Shown here: one piece after another, positions 19,317 to 28,679 of the stretch
Layout: every line of letters begins with the position of its first letter
How positions within the stretch are numbered: the first letter of the stretch is position 1
The notes under the pieces: model-generated
The model's database searches: none
What the model was told of the DNA's origin: nothing
Seen by the model: only the letters and a program-made list of their open reading frames with translations
Assembly (NCBI GenBank): GCA_049515535.1
Contig: JBEKTZ010000013.1
Location: 1-64,000, forward strand
DNA: 64,000 nt
Source: Candidatus Aminicenantales bacterium
GTDB lineage: Bacteria; Acidobacteriota; Aminicenantia; Aminicenantales; UBA4085
Reading direction: 5' to 3'
Translations under genes and position numbers: made by a program

Positions 19317-20944
19317 TGGACGTCCTCATCCTCGCCCCAAAAGACGCCCTAGGGGTTATGGATCCTGGCGTATCCCAATATGAATTCCATGGAGCCGGCG
19401 GCTTGATCTCGTGGCCGAGAGATTTTCACGCCCATTTAGGTCCCGTCGGAGCTTGGAATTTCTTTTTGAGACTTGGCTATAGGCCTCGATGGATCACTTG
19501 GAGCGCGCTCGCCGCAGAGAAGCCTGCCGAAAACCTCTTGGTCGTCTCCTCGTTGGGGCGATGGACATCGACCCAAGTCACTGCGCTTCAGCAATGGACG
19601 AGGAACGGAGGGACGCTTCTCGCGGCCGGGGTTTCCCCCCATTGGTTTGAATTCTGGGGTTTCGACGCCGAGAGGGCGTCGTTCCAGACCATCGGGCGTC
19701 CCGAGGGCGCTTTGGGAGTCCAATATTGCAAGGAGGGGGACGCTTCCGTTTGGGCGCCGGCCGAACAGCCTTATCTTCGTCCGGGATGGGAGGAATTGCC
19801 AGCCGGAGTCAAACCTTATGGACGTCTACTCTTGATCCTAGGGGAGCGATCTTCCCCTAAAAGAGCGCTCAAGACAGACTTGGGGGTTCCGGTCCTATGG
19901 CAAAACGGCAATGCTTTCTATTTGAACGGGAATCCCTTCGCCGGATTTCAAGCTTGGCTCCAGGGCCAATCAGACCTTTCTTCCTGGCTCGGGTGGCGCC
20001 ATCGGCTTTTCTGGCTTGATCAATGGGTCGCGGACCTTCAAAAACTCCTTCTGGATGCGGGCATCTTATCCTTGGTGCGGCCCAAACAACTTGAGGGTTT
20101 TTCGCGGATTTCGATCGTTTTTCGCCACGACGTCGATGCGTCAAAGGACAGGACGTATTTGGAAGTCGAAGAAAAATCCCACGTCCCCGCGACCTATGCG
20201 ATTCTCAAAGATCTCCACACGCGCTTTTGGACACGGGCTCTCAAAGCTTCCTCTACCGCCGAAAGCGCTCTTCATTACAATACGATTCAGAACGATCTCT
20301 TTTCGCAAATCGCCCGCAGGTTCCAGAAGCGGACGAATACATATCATCCGGCCCGTCGCCAAATCGCCGGAAAAGGCATCCTCCGTCAGGTCGGCTGGGC
20401 CAGGAGACAAGGAATCGGCGTTCAGACACTCCATCGGCATGGCCCCTTTCTGATCTATCCAGAATGGATCGACGCCATGGATCACGTTTTCAGCCAGAAT
20501 CCGGATATTTCAGGATCCTCCTCCTTGTTTCGATCACGACTTTTGAGATATGGACAAGAGGATCTAGCCAACGGGGATGGAGCCCTGCCTCCATTATCCG
20601 AAGTCCAATTTCCGTTGTGGTTCCCATTTAAGCTGGCCCATGCCGGATATCAGGGCCGGCCTTTGAGAGGCTGGGAAAGCGCCCATGTGATGGAAGTTGC
20701 TCCCGAGGCCTTCATGGAAATGATCGAACAGACGGAAGAGTTGGACCTTCCGTATTTTGTTTTCACTCTAAATTTTCACCCGGCCCATGCCTTGCGGCCC
20801 ACGTTCGCGCCGGGGGGATGCATCGCATGGTTCAAAAAGATCCTCGAATTCATTCAGGAGCAGCGATACGACATATTTACGCTTCGCGGCGTCTATGAAA
20901 AATTAAATCATATATTCCATGCCGATTATGATCGCGCAGGGTAG
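19316..20944 (+). CDS. Hypothetical protein with C-terminal polysaccharide-deacetylase-like domain
   Basis: VFRHDVD, ALHY, LHRH, LNFHP metal-binding-like motifs. TAATG coupling to the upstream gene. Confidence 0.55.
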   Translation: MDVLILAPKDALGVMDPGVSQYEFHGAGGLISWPRDFHAHLGPVGAWNFFLRLGYRPRWITWSALAAEKPAENLLVVSSLGRWTSTQVTALQQWTRNGGTLLAAGVSPHWFEFWGFDAERASFQTIGRPEGALGVQYCKEGDASVWAPAEQPYLRPGWEELPAGVKPYGRLLLILGERSSPKRALKTDLGVPVLWQNGNAFYLNGNPFAGFQAWLQGQSDLSSWLGWRHRLFWLDQWVADLQKLLLDAGILSLVRPKQLEGFSRISIVFRHDVDASKDRTYLEVEEKSHVPATYAILKDLHTRFWTRALKASSTAESALHYNTIQNDLFSQIARRFQKRTNTYHPARRQIAGKGILRQVGWARRQGIGVQTLHRHGPFLIYPEWIDAMDHVFSQNPDISGSSSLFRSRLLRYGQEDLANGDGALPPLSEVQFPLWFPFKLAHAGYQGRPLRGWESAHVMEVAPEAFMEMIEQTEELDLPYFVFTLNFHPAHALRPTFAPGGCIAWFKKILEFIQEQRYDIFTLRGVYEKLNHIFHADYDRAG

Positions 20945-21081
20945 AGCGGACGACGGATAATTTTCTGTTGGAAAGGGAATTCGCCCCCGGAAATTAAGCT
21001 CGGTCGTTTGCTGAAACATAGTATACTGAGATAGCGAAATGCCAAGGATCGCGCTCGTTGTTGCTCCAAAGGATTCCTAAT

Positions 21082-22161
21082 ATGGATGTTCAATTTGTCG
21101 ATTTTCATGATATTCCCGTACCGATCTGGAACACATTTGTGGATTCATGCGACGAATGCTGGGCCTATCATAAAGCCGAGTATATTCAAGTCGATATCGC
21201 CAACTCCCATTCCTTCGCCATTCTCGAAGGGGGGAAAATGTGCGGGGTTTGCGTGCTTTATTCAGGACGGGAAAGATTTGGACGAATCTTGAGGGGTCCG
21301 GGCTTGTCGCTTGATAATTCCGTGTCAAAGAAAAAGCTCTATCCGATTATCAAAGATTATCTGAAATCCCTGGCGAATCGAAATCGATGTTGCGCGATTC
21401 AATTTTCCTTCCCTATTCTTGCTCCCGCTTTTTCCAGGCTGGGATTTCTGAATTCCCATCTGCTCAATTTGGGATTTTCTTCCTCGTTGAGATGGGGTTA
21501 CGGAATTCATTATCTTCCCTCCTACACGAATGTGTTGGATCTGAGAGGAACCGTCGAGGACATTTTTTCTGGATTTTCGAAGGGGCACAAGTGGGACTGT
21601 CATAAATGTGAAAAAATGACTCCATCATACGAATATCATGATGGCCATCTTGAAGACCGTTTATGGAACGATTATATTTCAATTCATCTCGAAACCTATG
21701 AGCGGACGGGAACGAAACCTTTTTCACGCGAATATTTGAACCGTCTCCGTTCATTCATAGAGCGGGGCTTGATGGCGCTGGGGAATCTTTACATCGGCAC
21801 GGAATGCATCGCCAGTGTTCTATTAGTAACTTATAAAAAAAGGGCTTTTTATTTGGCGGGCGGTATTCGGGAGAATAAGGAGATAAGACATTGCGGAACT
21901 TATATCCACCTTCTGACGATAAAAGAGCTCAAGAATCGAGGATACGAGTATTATGAGCTCGGGCAATCGTATCCTTCGATTAAAGAAAGCAAGATGGGGA
22001 AGATCGGTGAATTCAAAGGGACGTTTGGCGGTGAAAAATGGCCAATTTTAGCGGGAGAATTGGTTGTTAATGAATTGGCTTATCTCCTCAGAATTATTTT
22101 TCCCAATTCAGCAAGACGAATTCTTCAAATAGAAAAAGCAAAATGGGGTCGAAAATCGTAA
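21082..22161 (+). CDS. GNAT / FemAB-like acyl- or aminoacyl-transferase
   Basis: WNTFV N-terminus, VLDLR..EDIFSGFSK, GYEYYELG...FKGTFGG FemABX-like pattern. Confidence 0.7.
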   Translation: MDVQFVDFHDIPVPIWNTFVDSCDECWAYHKAEYIQVDIANSHSFAILEGGKMCGVCVLYSGRERFGRILRGPGLSLDNSVSKKKLYPIIKDYLKSLANRNRCCAIQFSFPILAPAFSRLGFLNSHLLNLGFSSSLRWGYGIHYLPSYTNVLDLRGTVEDIFSGFSKGHKWDCHKCEKMTPSYEYHDGHLEDRLWNDYISIHLETYERTGTKPFSREYLNRLRSFIERGLMALGNLYIGTECIASVLLVTYKKRAFYLAGGIRENKEIRHCGTYIHLLTIKELKNRGYEYYELGQSYPSIKESKMGKIGEFKGTFGGEKWPILAGELVVNELAYLLRIIFPNSARRILQIEKAKWGRKS

Positions 22162-22501
22162 TGATAAAAACGGAATTGAATTCATTGAGTAAGTATTTTG
22201 ATCAGCGCAATACGATCTCAAAAAATCCGGCTTTTATCAATGCTTATGCATCGAGCATGGATCTCGATGAGAACAGCATTTATGATCCCATCGTCGAGGA
22301 AATTCAACTTCTTCTTTGCATAAAACCTTCCGACGCGGTCTTGGAGATTGGATGTGGAACGGGGGAAATCCTCAAAAGAATGAATGCCGATCCTATATCG
22401 CAAATATATATTCCGTCACGGCAAGAACAACCTTAGGCGAAGAATTAGAAGAAAACTTCGCTAGATTAAGATTAAAAGTTAGAAAGAAAGACAAGATATG
22501 A
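22161..22501 (+). pseudogene. Internally deleted SAM methyltransferase
   Basis: ORF ends shortly after motif I (VLEIGCGTG). Its N-terminus resembles the 23623 gene (INAYAS). A different frame supplies a possible C-terminal remnant ending at 22501. Confidence 0.6.
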
Positions 22502-23583
22502 TTTGCTCAATAAATAATCAAAAGGCCGTGAAATATGTCCGAACCCTCAAAATGAGAGAGTTGAACAAGGTTCTGGGGGCCAAGAAAAACGATATAGAAA
22601 ATGCCCAGTTTTTCCTGACGAACGAGTTTAATAAAGACGCTCTAGTGCTTATCTCTGCTCGAGTCGGTATATATCTAGTTTTAAAAGCATACAATTTTAG
22701 GAAAGATGACGAAGTGTTGGTTCCCCAATATATAAGTCATTGTGTAATTGATATTGTTAAGAAGGTCTGCAGACCAGTTTACCGACTAACGGATAAGACG
22801 AAAGCGATTATTCTATTCCATCAATTTGGTTATCCGCAGAAAATGGATGAAATATATAAAATTATTGGGGGAAAGGATATTTTGGTAATTGAGGATTGCG
22901 CCCATTCTTTTTATTCCAGATATAAAGACAAACGGATTGGCTTATTTGGCGAAGCAGCAATTTTTAGTTTCCCCAAGATCTTTCCTACTATTTTGGGCGG
23001 ATGCCTGATAACAGATAATACACGAATATTGAATTATGCCTACAATTATTTAAGACGCAATAAGTCATTTTGGAAAGAAATATATCATAATTTCATTTTA
23101 ATCCCTACATTTATAAATGGGGCGGTTAAAAATCGTTGGATTAAATATGTCGCCGCTCTAATGGTGGCAAAAAACTGGAAGCTATTTCATAAGTTTCCCA
23201 ATCCCAACGAATTAGTATGTCATCTTCTGGAAGAAAATATTAAAGATGTTGAATACCATGCCAAAAAAAGACAAGCTAATCTCAAACTTATTAAACAGAG
23301 ACTTAAAGATTGTCAGTATCTCGATAAACTTGAAGAGGAATGTGAGGTGGTTCCCTTTGCGGTCCCTTATTTTTGCAGAGAGCCGGAAAGGATATGTGAG
23401 GAAATGGGAAAATTTAACATTTTGACCGGAGTTAACCAATTTGATATGAATCGAAATATCTTTTCCCCCCGTTATGAAAAAGTTATTGCTTTGCCAGTCC
23501 ATCAAGATCTTTCAAGCGAGGAGATTAACTATATGTTGGAAGTTTTAAAATATGTGGAAAGTAAGATAAATAAAAAACATTAG
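22498..23583 (+). CDS. Divergent DegT-family PLP-dependent aminotransferase
   Basis: SARVGI, DEVLVP, HQFGYP, IEDCAHS, FSFPK, LPVHQ. Confidence 0.8.
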   Translation: MICSINNQKAVKYVRTLKMRELNKVLGAKKNDIENAQFFLTNEFNKDALVLISARVGIYLVLKAYNFRKDDEVLVPQYISHCVIDIVKKVCRPVYRLTDKTKAIILFHQFGYPQKMDEIYKIIGGKDILVIEDCAHSFYSRYKDKRIGLFGEAAIFSFPKIFPTILGGCLITDNTRILNYAYNYLRRNKSFWKEIYHNFILIPTFINGAVKNRWIKYVAALMVAKNWKLFHKFPNPNELVCHLLEENIKDVEYHAKKRQANLKLIKQRLKDCQYLDKLEEECEVVPFAVPYFCREPERICEEMGKFNILTGVNQFDMNRNIFSPRYEKVIALPVHQDLSSEEINYMLEVLKYVESKINKKH

Positions 23584-23622
23584 GATATTTATTTGCATCG
23601 GAAATATAATTTTCAAAACAGT

Positions 23623-24414
23623 ATGCATTATACAATAGAAAATTTAAAAGTCCATTTTGATAAACTGGCCGAACAATATAATGACGCACTTATAATAAAT
23701 GCATATGCGTCCCCATGCTCTAAGGGTTATTTGACGGAGGAAGTCGTAGAGAATACGATAAGCGATGTAATTAATAAATTATTATTGGACCCTGCAGCGT
23801 CTTTGCTGGATTTGGGCTGTGGGAGTGGTTTTTGGACAAAACGCCTTGCAAATATTATTAGAGAAACTGTCGGCGTTGATATGTCGAAGAAAATACTTGA
23901 AATCGCCAAGAAGCAAAAGATTCCCAACGCAACTTTTATCTGTGGCGCAGGTCACAATTTGCCATTTCAAGAAAATTCATTTGACAGGATATTAAGCCTT
24001 TCTGTCTTTATGAATTTTCCTGATTATCATTATGCCAGGTCGGTTTTAAATGAAATGGTAAGGGTTACCAAGCCTGGGGGTATCATTTTGATAGCTAATA
24101 ACCCCTCTTTGGAGAAGAAAGAAGAATTCTTGAAATATGTTGATTTGCAGCAATTGAAATTTGCAACTTCGCCAAATAGAGATGGTTTAGCCGCGGCGTG
24201 GCGAAAATTATCAAACTTAATCAGGCGAGTAAGAAATAAAATGATCAAAAACTGGGTAACCGTGCCTGCCATAAATGTCATCTATTATCCGGCAAGTATT
24301 TTTGAAGATTATTGCGCAGCTAAAAAACTGAATTGTGAAATACTCGAACGGAAAATTGAAGGCGATATTTACGCGCCTTTCAGGTTCGATGTCCGCATAA
24401 CGGTTATTACATAG
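23623..24414 (+). CDS. Class I SAM-dependent methyltransferase
   Basis: LLDLGCGSG, LPFQENSFD, RVTKPGG. Start could also be TTG 23593. Confidence 0.85.
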   Translation: MHYTIENLKVHFDKLAEQYNDALIINAYASPCSKGYLTEEVVENTISDVINKLLLDPAASLLDLGCGSGFWTKRLANIIRETVGVDMSKKILEIAKKQKIPNATFICGAGHNLPFQENSFDRILSLSVFMNFPDYHYARSVLNEMVRVTKPGGIILIANNPSLEKKEEFLKYVDLQQLKFATSPNRDGLAAAWRKLSNLIRRVRNKMIKNWVTVPAINVIYYPASIFEDYCAAKKLNCEILERKIEGDIYAPFRFDVRITVIT

Positions 24415-24607
24415 CGAATTCGTTATGGTTAGAGATTCGGCGTCCAAAACTCAGCCTCATCTGATGGGAGTAAAATTTTCTTTTTGGGATTATGATGAAA
24501 TTGGTTTTTCGAATCTGGCTTTTTACCCCTGCCGGCTTCCGTGGAGCAGCGCAACGACGAAATATCATGTGATTTTGGTCAAATAAGACCGATCCGGTTC
24601 AATAACA

Positions 24608-26086
24608 ATGCATAAAATTATTCGAAATTATCTATATTTGATTATTTCGTATGGGGCGACATCGATCTTAAACCTCTGCGCTTTGACCTTGCTCTCGCGC
24701 CTGCTTTCCCCCGATCAGATGGGGCGATACTCTATGGCGAATGCTGTCGTCGCCCTCTTTTACTCCATGTTCTTAAGCTGGATGGTCAACGCGAATGTTC
24801 GCTTTGGATGCGAAGAAATAAAGAAAAGCGGGACGATGGCGAAAACCTGGACGGCCCGGCAGACGTTCATCGTCCCCGGATTGGCCTTAGCGTTTGTTCT
24901 TTTGTATTTGCAGCCCTTTCATTTCCTTGAGAAAATTTACAATATTCCTTCGAACTGGTGGATCATCCTCTTTGTTCTCTTATTATCGAAGTGGATCATT
25001 CCGGAAGCCCAAAGCCTTTTTCAAGCGACGGGAGACGTTAAGTCGCTCGTTACGCTTCCGTTTATGAATGCGGCGGTTGTAATTCTTTTTTATGGAGCCC
25101 TCCTTGCCCTGGATTCCGGTCATGAAAAAATCATCTTGGTTCTCATCGCCCCCGCGATTTTTGCGTTCGTTCTTTGGGCGGGCTCCGCTTACACGAAATA
25201 TTGGAAAAGCAAGATCTTTTTTTTACGGCCGGAAACAGACTATATCAAACAGATTTTCCAGTATTCCTATCCGCTTTTATTAAGCATTTTCGTCGCGTAT
25301 TTATCTGATTGGGGCGATCATATTCTGATCCGGATATTTTATTCAAATCATGAAGTCGGTCTTTTTCAAGTCGCCTACCAGGTCATGTTTGCGATCCTCG
25401 GCATATCTTCCCAGATCATTATTCTTCTCTTGCCGAAGTTGATCCACGAGGAAAATGTCGATGGAAAATTTTTTCCGAGGTATCTAGAACGGATTGTTCC
25501 CACGTTTGGGTCTTTTTGGTCACTGGGAATTGTTTTCGTCATAACGTTTCTTCCTTATATCTTTTTATTGGTCGTCGGGAAAAAATACGCAGGGGCGCTC
25601 GTTCTTGTTCTTATCATGTCTTTCTCCTTTTCTGCTTCTTATATTGCGAGCACGTATAGCGTCTTATTCAGTCTTCAGAAGCGCTTGGGTCGTGCCATGA
25701 TCTATAATGCTATTGGAACAGGAATCAACCTTGCTTTTTCTTTCTGCTTCGTTCGGAAAATGGGGATCATCGCTTCCGCGATAGGGACAGCGATGGGCTA
25801 TTTGTCGACACAAGCCATGTACTTATTTGATCAACATCGGTATTACAGAATTCGAATTCAAAATATTTCCATTCTTACGAGCATCGTAATCATTTACACC
25901 CTGAGCCAAATATTTGTCCCAACAAACCTGATTTTCCGAATCTCCCTTGGCGCGATAGCGGCGATATCATTGATTCATGTGATTAGAAAATATTCGTTAG
26001 TCGACGCCGACGTTCTGGCGACGATATTTGCGGGACGGCATTCTCGAGTGGAGAATCTCTCCCGCCGTTTTTTTGTAAAGGATTGA
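24608..26086 (+). CDS. wzx: Wzx-type oligosaccharide flippase
   Basis: About 12-14 TMs, RLLSPDQMGRYS, D...I...Y...EVGLFQVAY. Confidence 0.85.
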   Translation: MHKIIRNYLYLIISYGATSILNLCALTLLSRLLSPDQMGRYSMANAVVALFYSMFLSWMVNANVRFGCEEIKKSGTMAKTWTARQTFIVPGLALAFVLLYLQPFHFLEKIYNIPSNWWIILFVLLLSKWIIPEAQSLFQATGDVKSLVTLPFMNAAVVILFYGALLALDSGHEKIILVLIAPAIFAFVLWAGSAYTKYWKSKIFFLRPETDYIKQIFQYSYPLLLSIFVAYLSDWGDHILIRIFYSNHEVGLFQVAYQVMFAILGISSQIIILLLPKLIHEENVDGKFFPRYLERIVPTFGSFWSLGIVFVITFLPYIFLLVVGKKYAGALVLVLIMSFSFSASYIASTYSVLFSLQKRLGRAMIYNAIGTGINLAFSFCFVRKMGIIASAIGTAMGYLSTQAMYLFDQHRYYRIRIQNISILTSIVIIYTLSQIFVPTNLIFRISLGAIAAISLIHVIRKYSLVDADVLATIFAGRHSRVENLSRRFFVKD

Positions 26087-27597
26087 AACGAGTGAATCCA
26101 GAGATGCAGATGATATGCTTTTTAGCTATAATCGGTTTGACCCTCGTCATAAGATTATTCCCTCGTCTTATATCCAAACGGGAACTCGGGGTCGATCACT
26201 GGTTCTGGAAATCGTATGTTGAGACTTATCGGCGCGACCGGAAATTCCCTCCTTCACTTCCACAATATGTCTTGGATGAACATCAATGGTATCCCCCCGT
26301 ATTCCCACTTCTCCTGGCCCGGATTCCGGAATCCCTTTTCGACCGGTTCTGCCATACTTTCTCCGTCCTGATCGACGGCTTGCGATTGATCCTTCTTTTA
26401 GGAGTCGCATCCTGGCTCTCGCAAGGCAGCGTCTATGCAATTGTCGCGGCCGGGCTTGTCTATGCCACGGTACCTATCTTGAATACGTACAATATTCAAC
26501 TCAATCCCCGCGGATTGGGAGCCCTTTTTTTAGACGGGTTGATGGCTTTATGGCTCTGGCTTTTCCAGTTCAATGGACCGGTCTGGATCTGGGTTGGGAT
26601 CATTCTTCTCTCCGGCTTGATCCTGCTCACGCATAAGATGACGACGCAGATTTTTTGGTTCTTATGCCTGGGAGCCGGAATCCTAACCGGGGATTGGCGG
26701 TTTTTAGCGATGATCCCCGTATCGGTTTTAGCGGCTCTTCTTCTGAGCAAAGGATTTTATTGGAACGTCATGCGCGCCCACTGGGATATCGTCTCTTTTT
26801 GGCATAGAAACTGGAGATGGCTCCAAGCCCATCCCGTGAAGGAATCTCCTATTTACGGCGATCCCGGATATGAAACACCCACAAAGTTTTATCGAAAAGG
26901 CTTGACTGGAAATGTTAAACATATCGTTTCGCTTTTCGCATTGAATCCAATGGCTTGGAGCCTCCTGGGATTTTTAGCCGTTCTGTTTTTCAGAAGTCTC
27001 CGGCTGGAAGCGGCGGAAAGCTTCTTTCTGTGGTCTGCCCTATTGACAATTTTGTTTGTCCTTCTGACGGCCTTTGTCAATGTCTTCAAAGGCCTTGGAG
27101 CGGCCTATCTTTATCTCTATAATATCTCATTCCCCGTCGCGGTCCTCTGGGGTTTAACCTTGAGCCGGAATAAAGCCGACGCGGTAGGATGGCTCCTGTT
27201 CGGCGCCGGCCTTGGATCCTGTCTTCTCGCTCTTTATTTCTTCTATCGCAAAATCATTCGCTCTAAAACCCTCGCGGCCGATGTCCATTTGGAAGCGGTT
27301 TTTGCCGATCTCAAGCAGGCTCCCAAAGGCGTCGTTTTATGTCTCCCTCAACAATGGTACGACGTGATCGCTTATAAAACAGATCAATCCGTGCTCTATG
27401 GAGGCCACGGCTACGGATTCAAAAGACTGGAGCCGCTCTTCCCAAGGTTTTTGCTTTCCGTAGGCGATATCGTTCGTAAATATCATGTCCGTTATATTGT
27501 CGCTCTCGATGGCTACCTTCCTTCGCATTTCATCGAGGAGATCCCTTATAATCTCATCAAGGAATATGGCCCCTACCGCATCTATGAAATATCCTAG
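26083..27597 (+). CDS. Polytopic membrane protein, possible GT-C-fold transferase
   Basis: GVDHWFW...YPP after the first TM, THK motif, many TMs, soluble C-terminal domain (KYHVRYIV). Confidence 0.55.
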   Translation: MKRVNPEMQMICFLAIIGLTLVIRLFPRLISKRELGVDHWFWKSYVETYRRDRKFPPSLPQYVLDEHQWYPPVFPLLLARIPESLFDRFCHTFSVLIDGLRLILLLGVASWLSQGSVYAIVAAGLVYATVPILNTYNIQLNPRGLGALFLDGLMALWLWLFQFNGPVWIWVGIILLSGLILLTHKMTTQIFWFLCLGAGILTGDWRFLAMIPVSVLAALLLSKGFYWNVMRAHWDIVSFWHRNWRWLQAHPVKESPIYGDPGYETPTKFYRKGLTGNVKHIVSLFALNPMAWSLLGFLAVLFFRSLRLEAAESFFLWSALLTILFVLLTAFVNVFKGLGAAYLYLYNISFPVAVLWGLTLSRNKADAVGWLLFGAGLGSCLLALYFFYRKIIRSKTLAADVHLEAVFADLKQAPKGVVLCLPQQWYDVIAYKTDQSVLYGGHGYGFKRLEPLFPRFLLSVGDIVRKYHVRYIVALDGYLPSHFIEEIPYNLIKEYGPYRIYEIS

Positions 27598-27627
27598 TCA
27601 CATCAAATAGAGCCCAGCTAGGACGAA

Positions 27628-28449
27628 ATGATCGTGGATTCAAAAGGTTCGAGTTCGGATCGCCGTTTCAAGTTCGGCAAGAACTGGAGCCGGTTTCTTA
27701 AAGTTCTTAACGAACACAGAATCCATGAGGCGGAAAAATCCCTTCAAACAATGCTTGCGATCGGGCGCCTTGAAGGAAAATCCTTCCTGGATATCGGCTC
27801 GGGGAGCGGGTTGTTCAGTCTGGCGGCCAAGCGTCTGGGAGCGCAGGTCTATTCCTTCGATTATGACCCTCAGAGTGTCGCCTGCACTCAAGAATTGAAA
27901 CGCCTCTTTTATCCGCGAGATGACCTTTGGACCATCAGGCAAGGGTCCGTTCTTGACCTCGAATTCATGAAGTCGCTCAGGAAGTTCGACATCGTCTATT
28001 CCTGGGGCGTTCTCCATCACACGGGAAATCTCTGGCTGGCGCTTGCGAATGCGGCGGTCCCGGTGGCCGAAAAAGGCCTTTTGTTCGTCGCCATTTATAA
28101 CGATCAAGGCTTCCGATCCAGGATTTGGAAAAGGATTAAGAAGCTTTATGTCTCAAGCCGGCTGGGTCGAATCTTTGTTTTAAGCGCCTTTCTTCCCGCG
28201 TTCTTCATCGAGGGACTTTTCCATGATATCAGCCGCGGGAAAAACCCGGTTCATCGGTACCGCGAATATCAACAACAGAGGGGAATGTCCGTTCTCTATG
28301 ACTGGATCGACTGGCTGGGCGGCTATCCTTTTGAAGTCGCCACGCCGGATAGAATCGTTGATTTTTACTGCCAAAAAAGCTTGGCGCTAAAGAAATTCGT
28401 CCCCGCCCGCGGCCTGGGGAACAACCAGTTTATCTTCGAAAAACCCTGA
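27628..28449 (+). CDS. Class I SAM-dependent methyltransferase
   Basis: FKFGKNW, FLDIGSGSG, YSWGVLHHTG, DWLGGYPFE. Confidence 0.88.
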   Translation: MIVDSKGSSSDRRFKFGKNWSRFLKVLNEHRIHEAEKSLQTMLAIGRLEGKSFLDIGSGSGLFSLAAKRLGAQVYSFDYDPQSVACTQELKRLFYPRDDLWTIRQGSVLDLEFMKSLRKFDIVYSWGVLHHTGNLWLALANAAVPVAEKGLLFVAIYNDQGFRSRIWKRIKKLYVSSRLGRIFVLSAFLPAFFIEGLFHDISRGKNPVHRYREYQQQRGMSVLYDWIDWLGGYPFEVATPDRIVDFYCQKSLALKKFVPARGLGNNQFIFEKP

Positions 28450-28535
28450 CCCCGGCCTTCCCTCCAAAATCTCCCCCCTTTCTTTTATATCCGGAGATCT
28501 GCCTTGGAGCGGTTCCCATTTCATAATTTATTCTA

Positions 28536-28603
28536 TCGACAGCGGCTGGGGCCCCGGGCTTTGCCCGGGGGTCCGCTTCCGCCGCGAAGGCTCGTCCCTT
28601 GAC
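28536..28603 (+). repeat. 68-bp intergenic hairpin element, copy 1
   Basis: TCGACAGCGGCTGGGGCCCCGGGCTTTGCCCGGGGGTCCGCTTCCGCCGCGAAGGCTCGTCCCTTGAC. Matches 42578-42645 at 66/68 and the reverse complement of 38231-38298 at 63/68 (manual count). Confidence 0.9.
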
Positions 28604-28679
28604 AATTTCGACATTTGATTATTTCCTCCCTTTATGATACCACGTTGTCATAGGATGACAGGATTTTTAAGGGGGAAAA

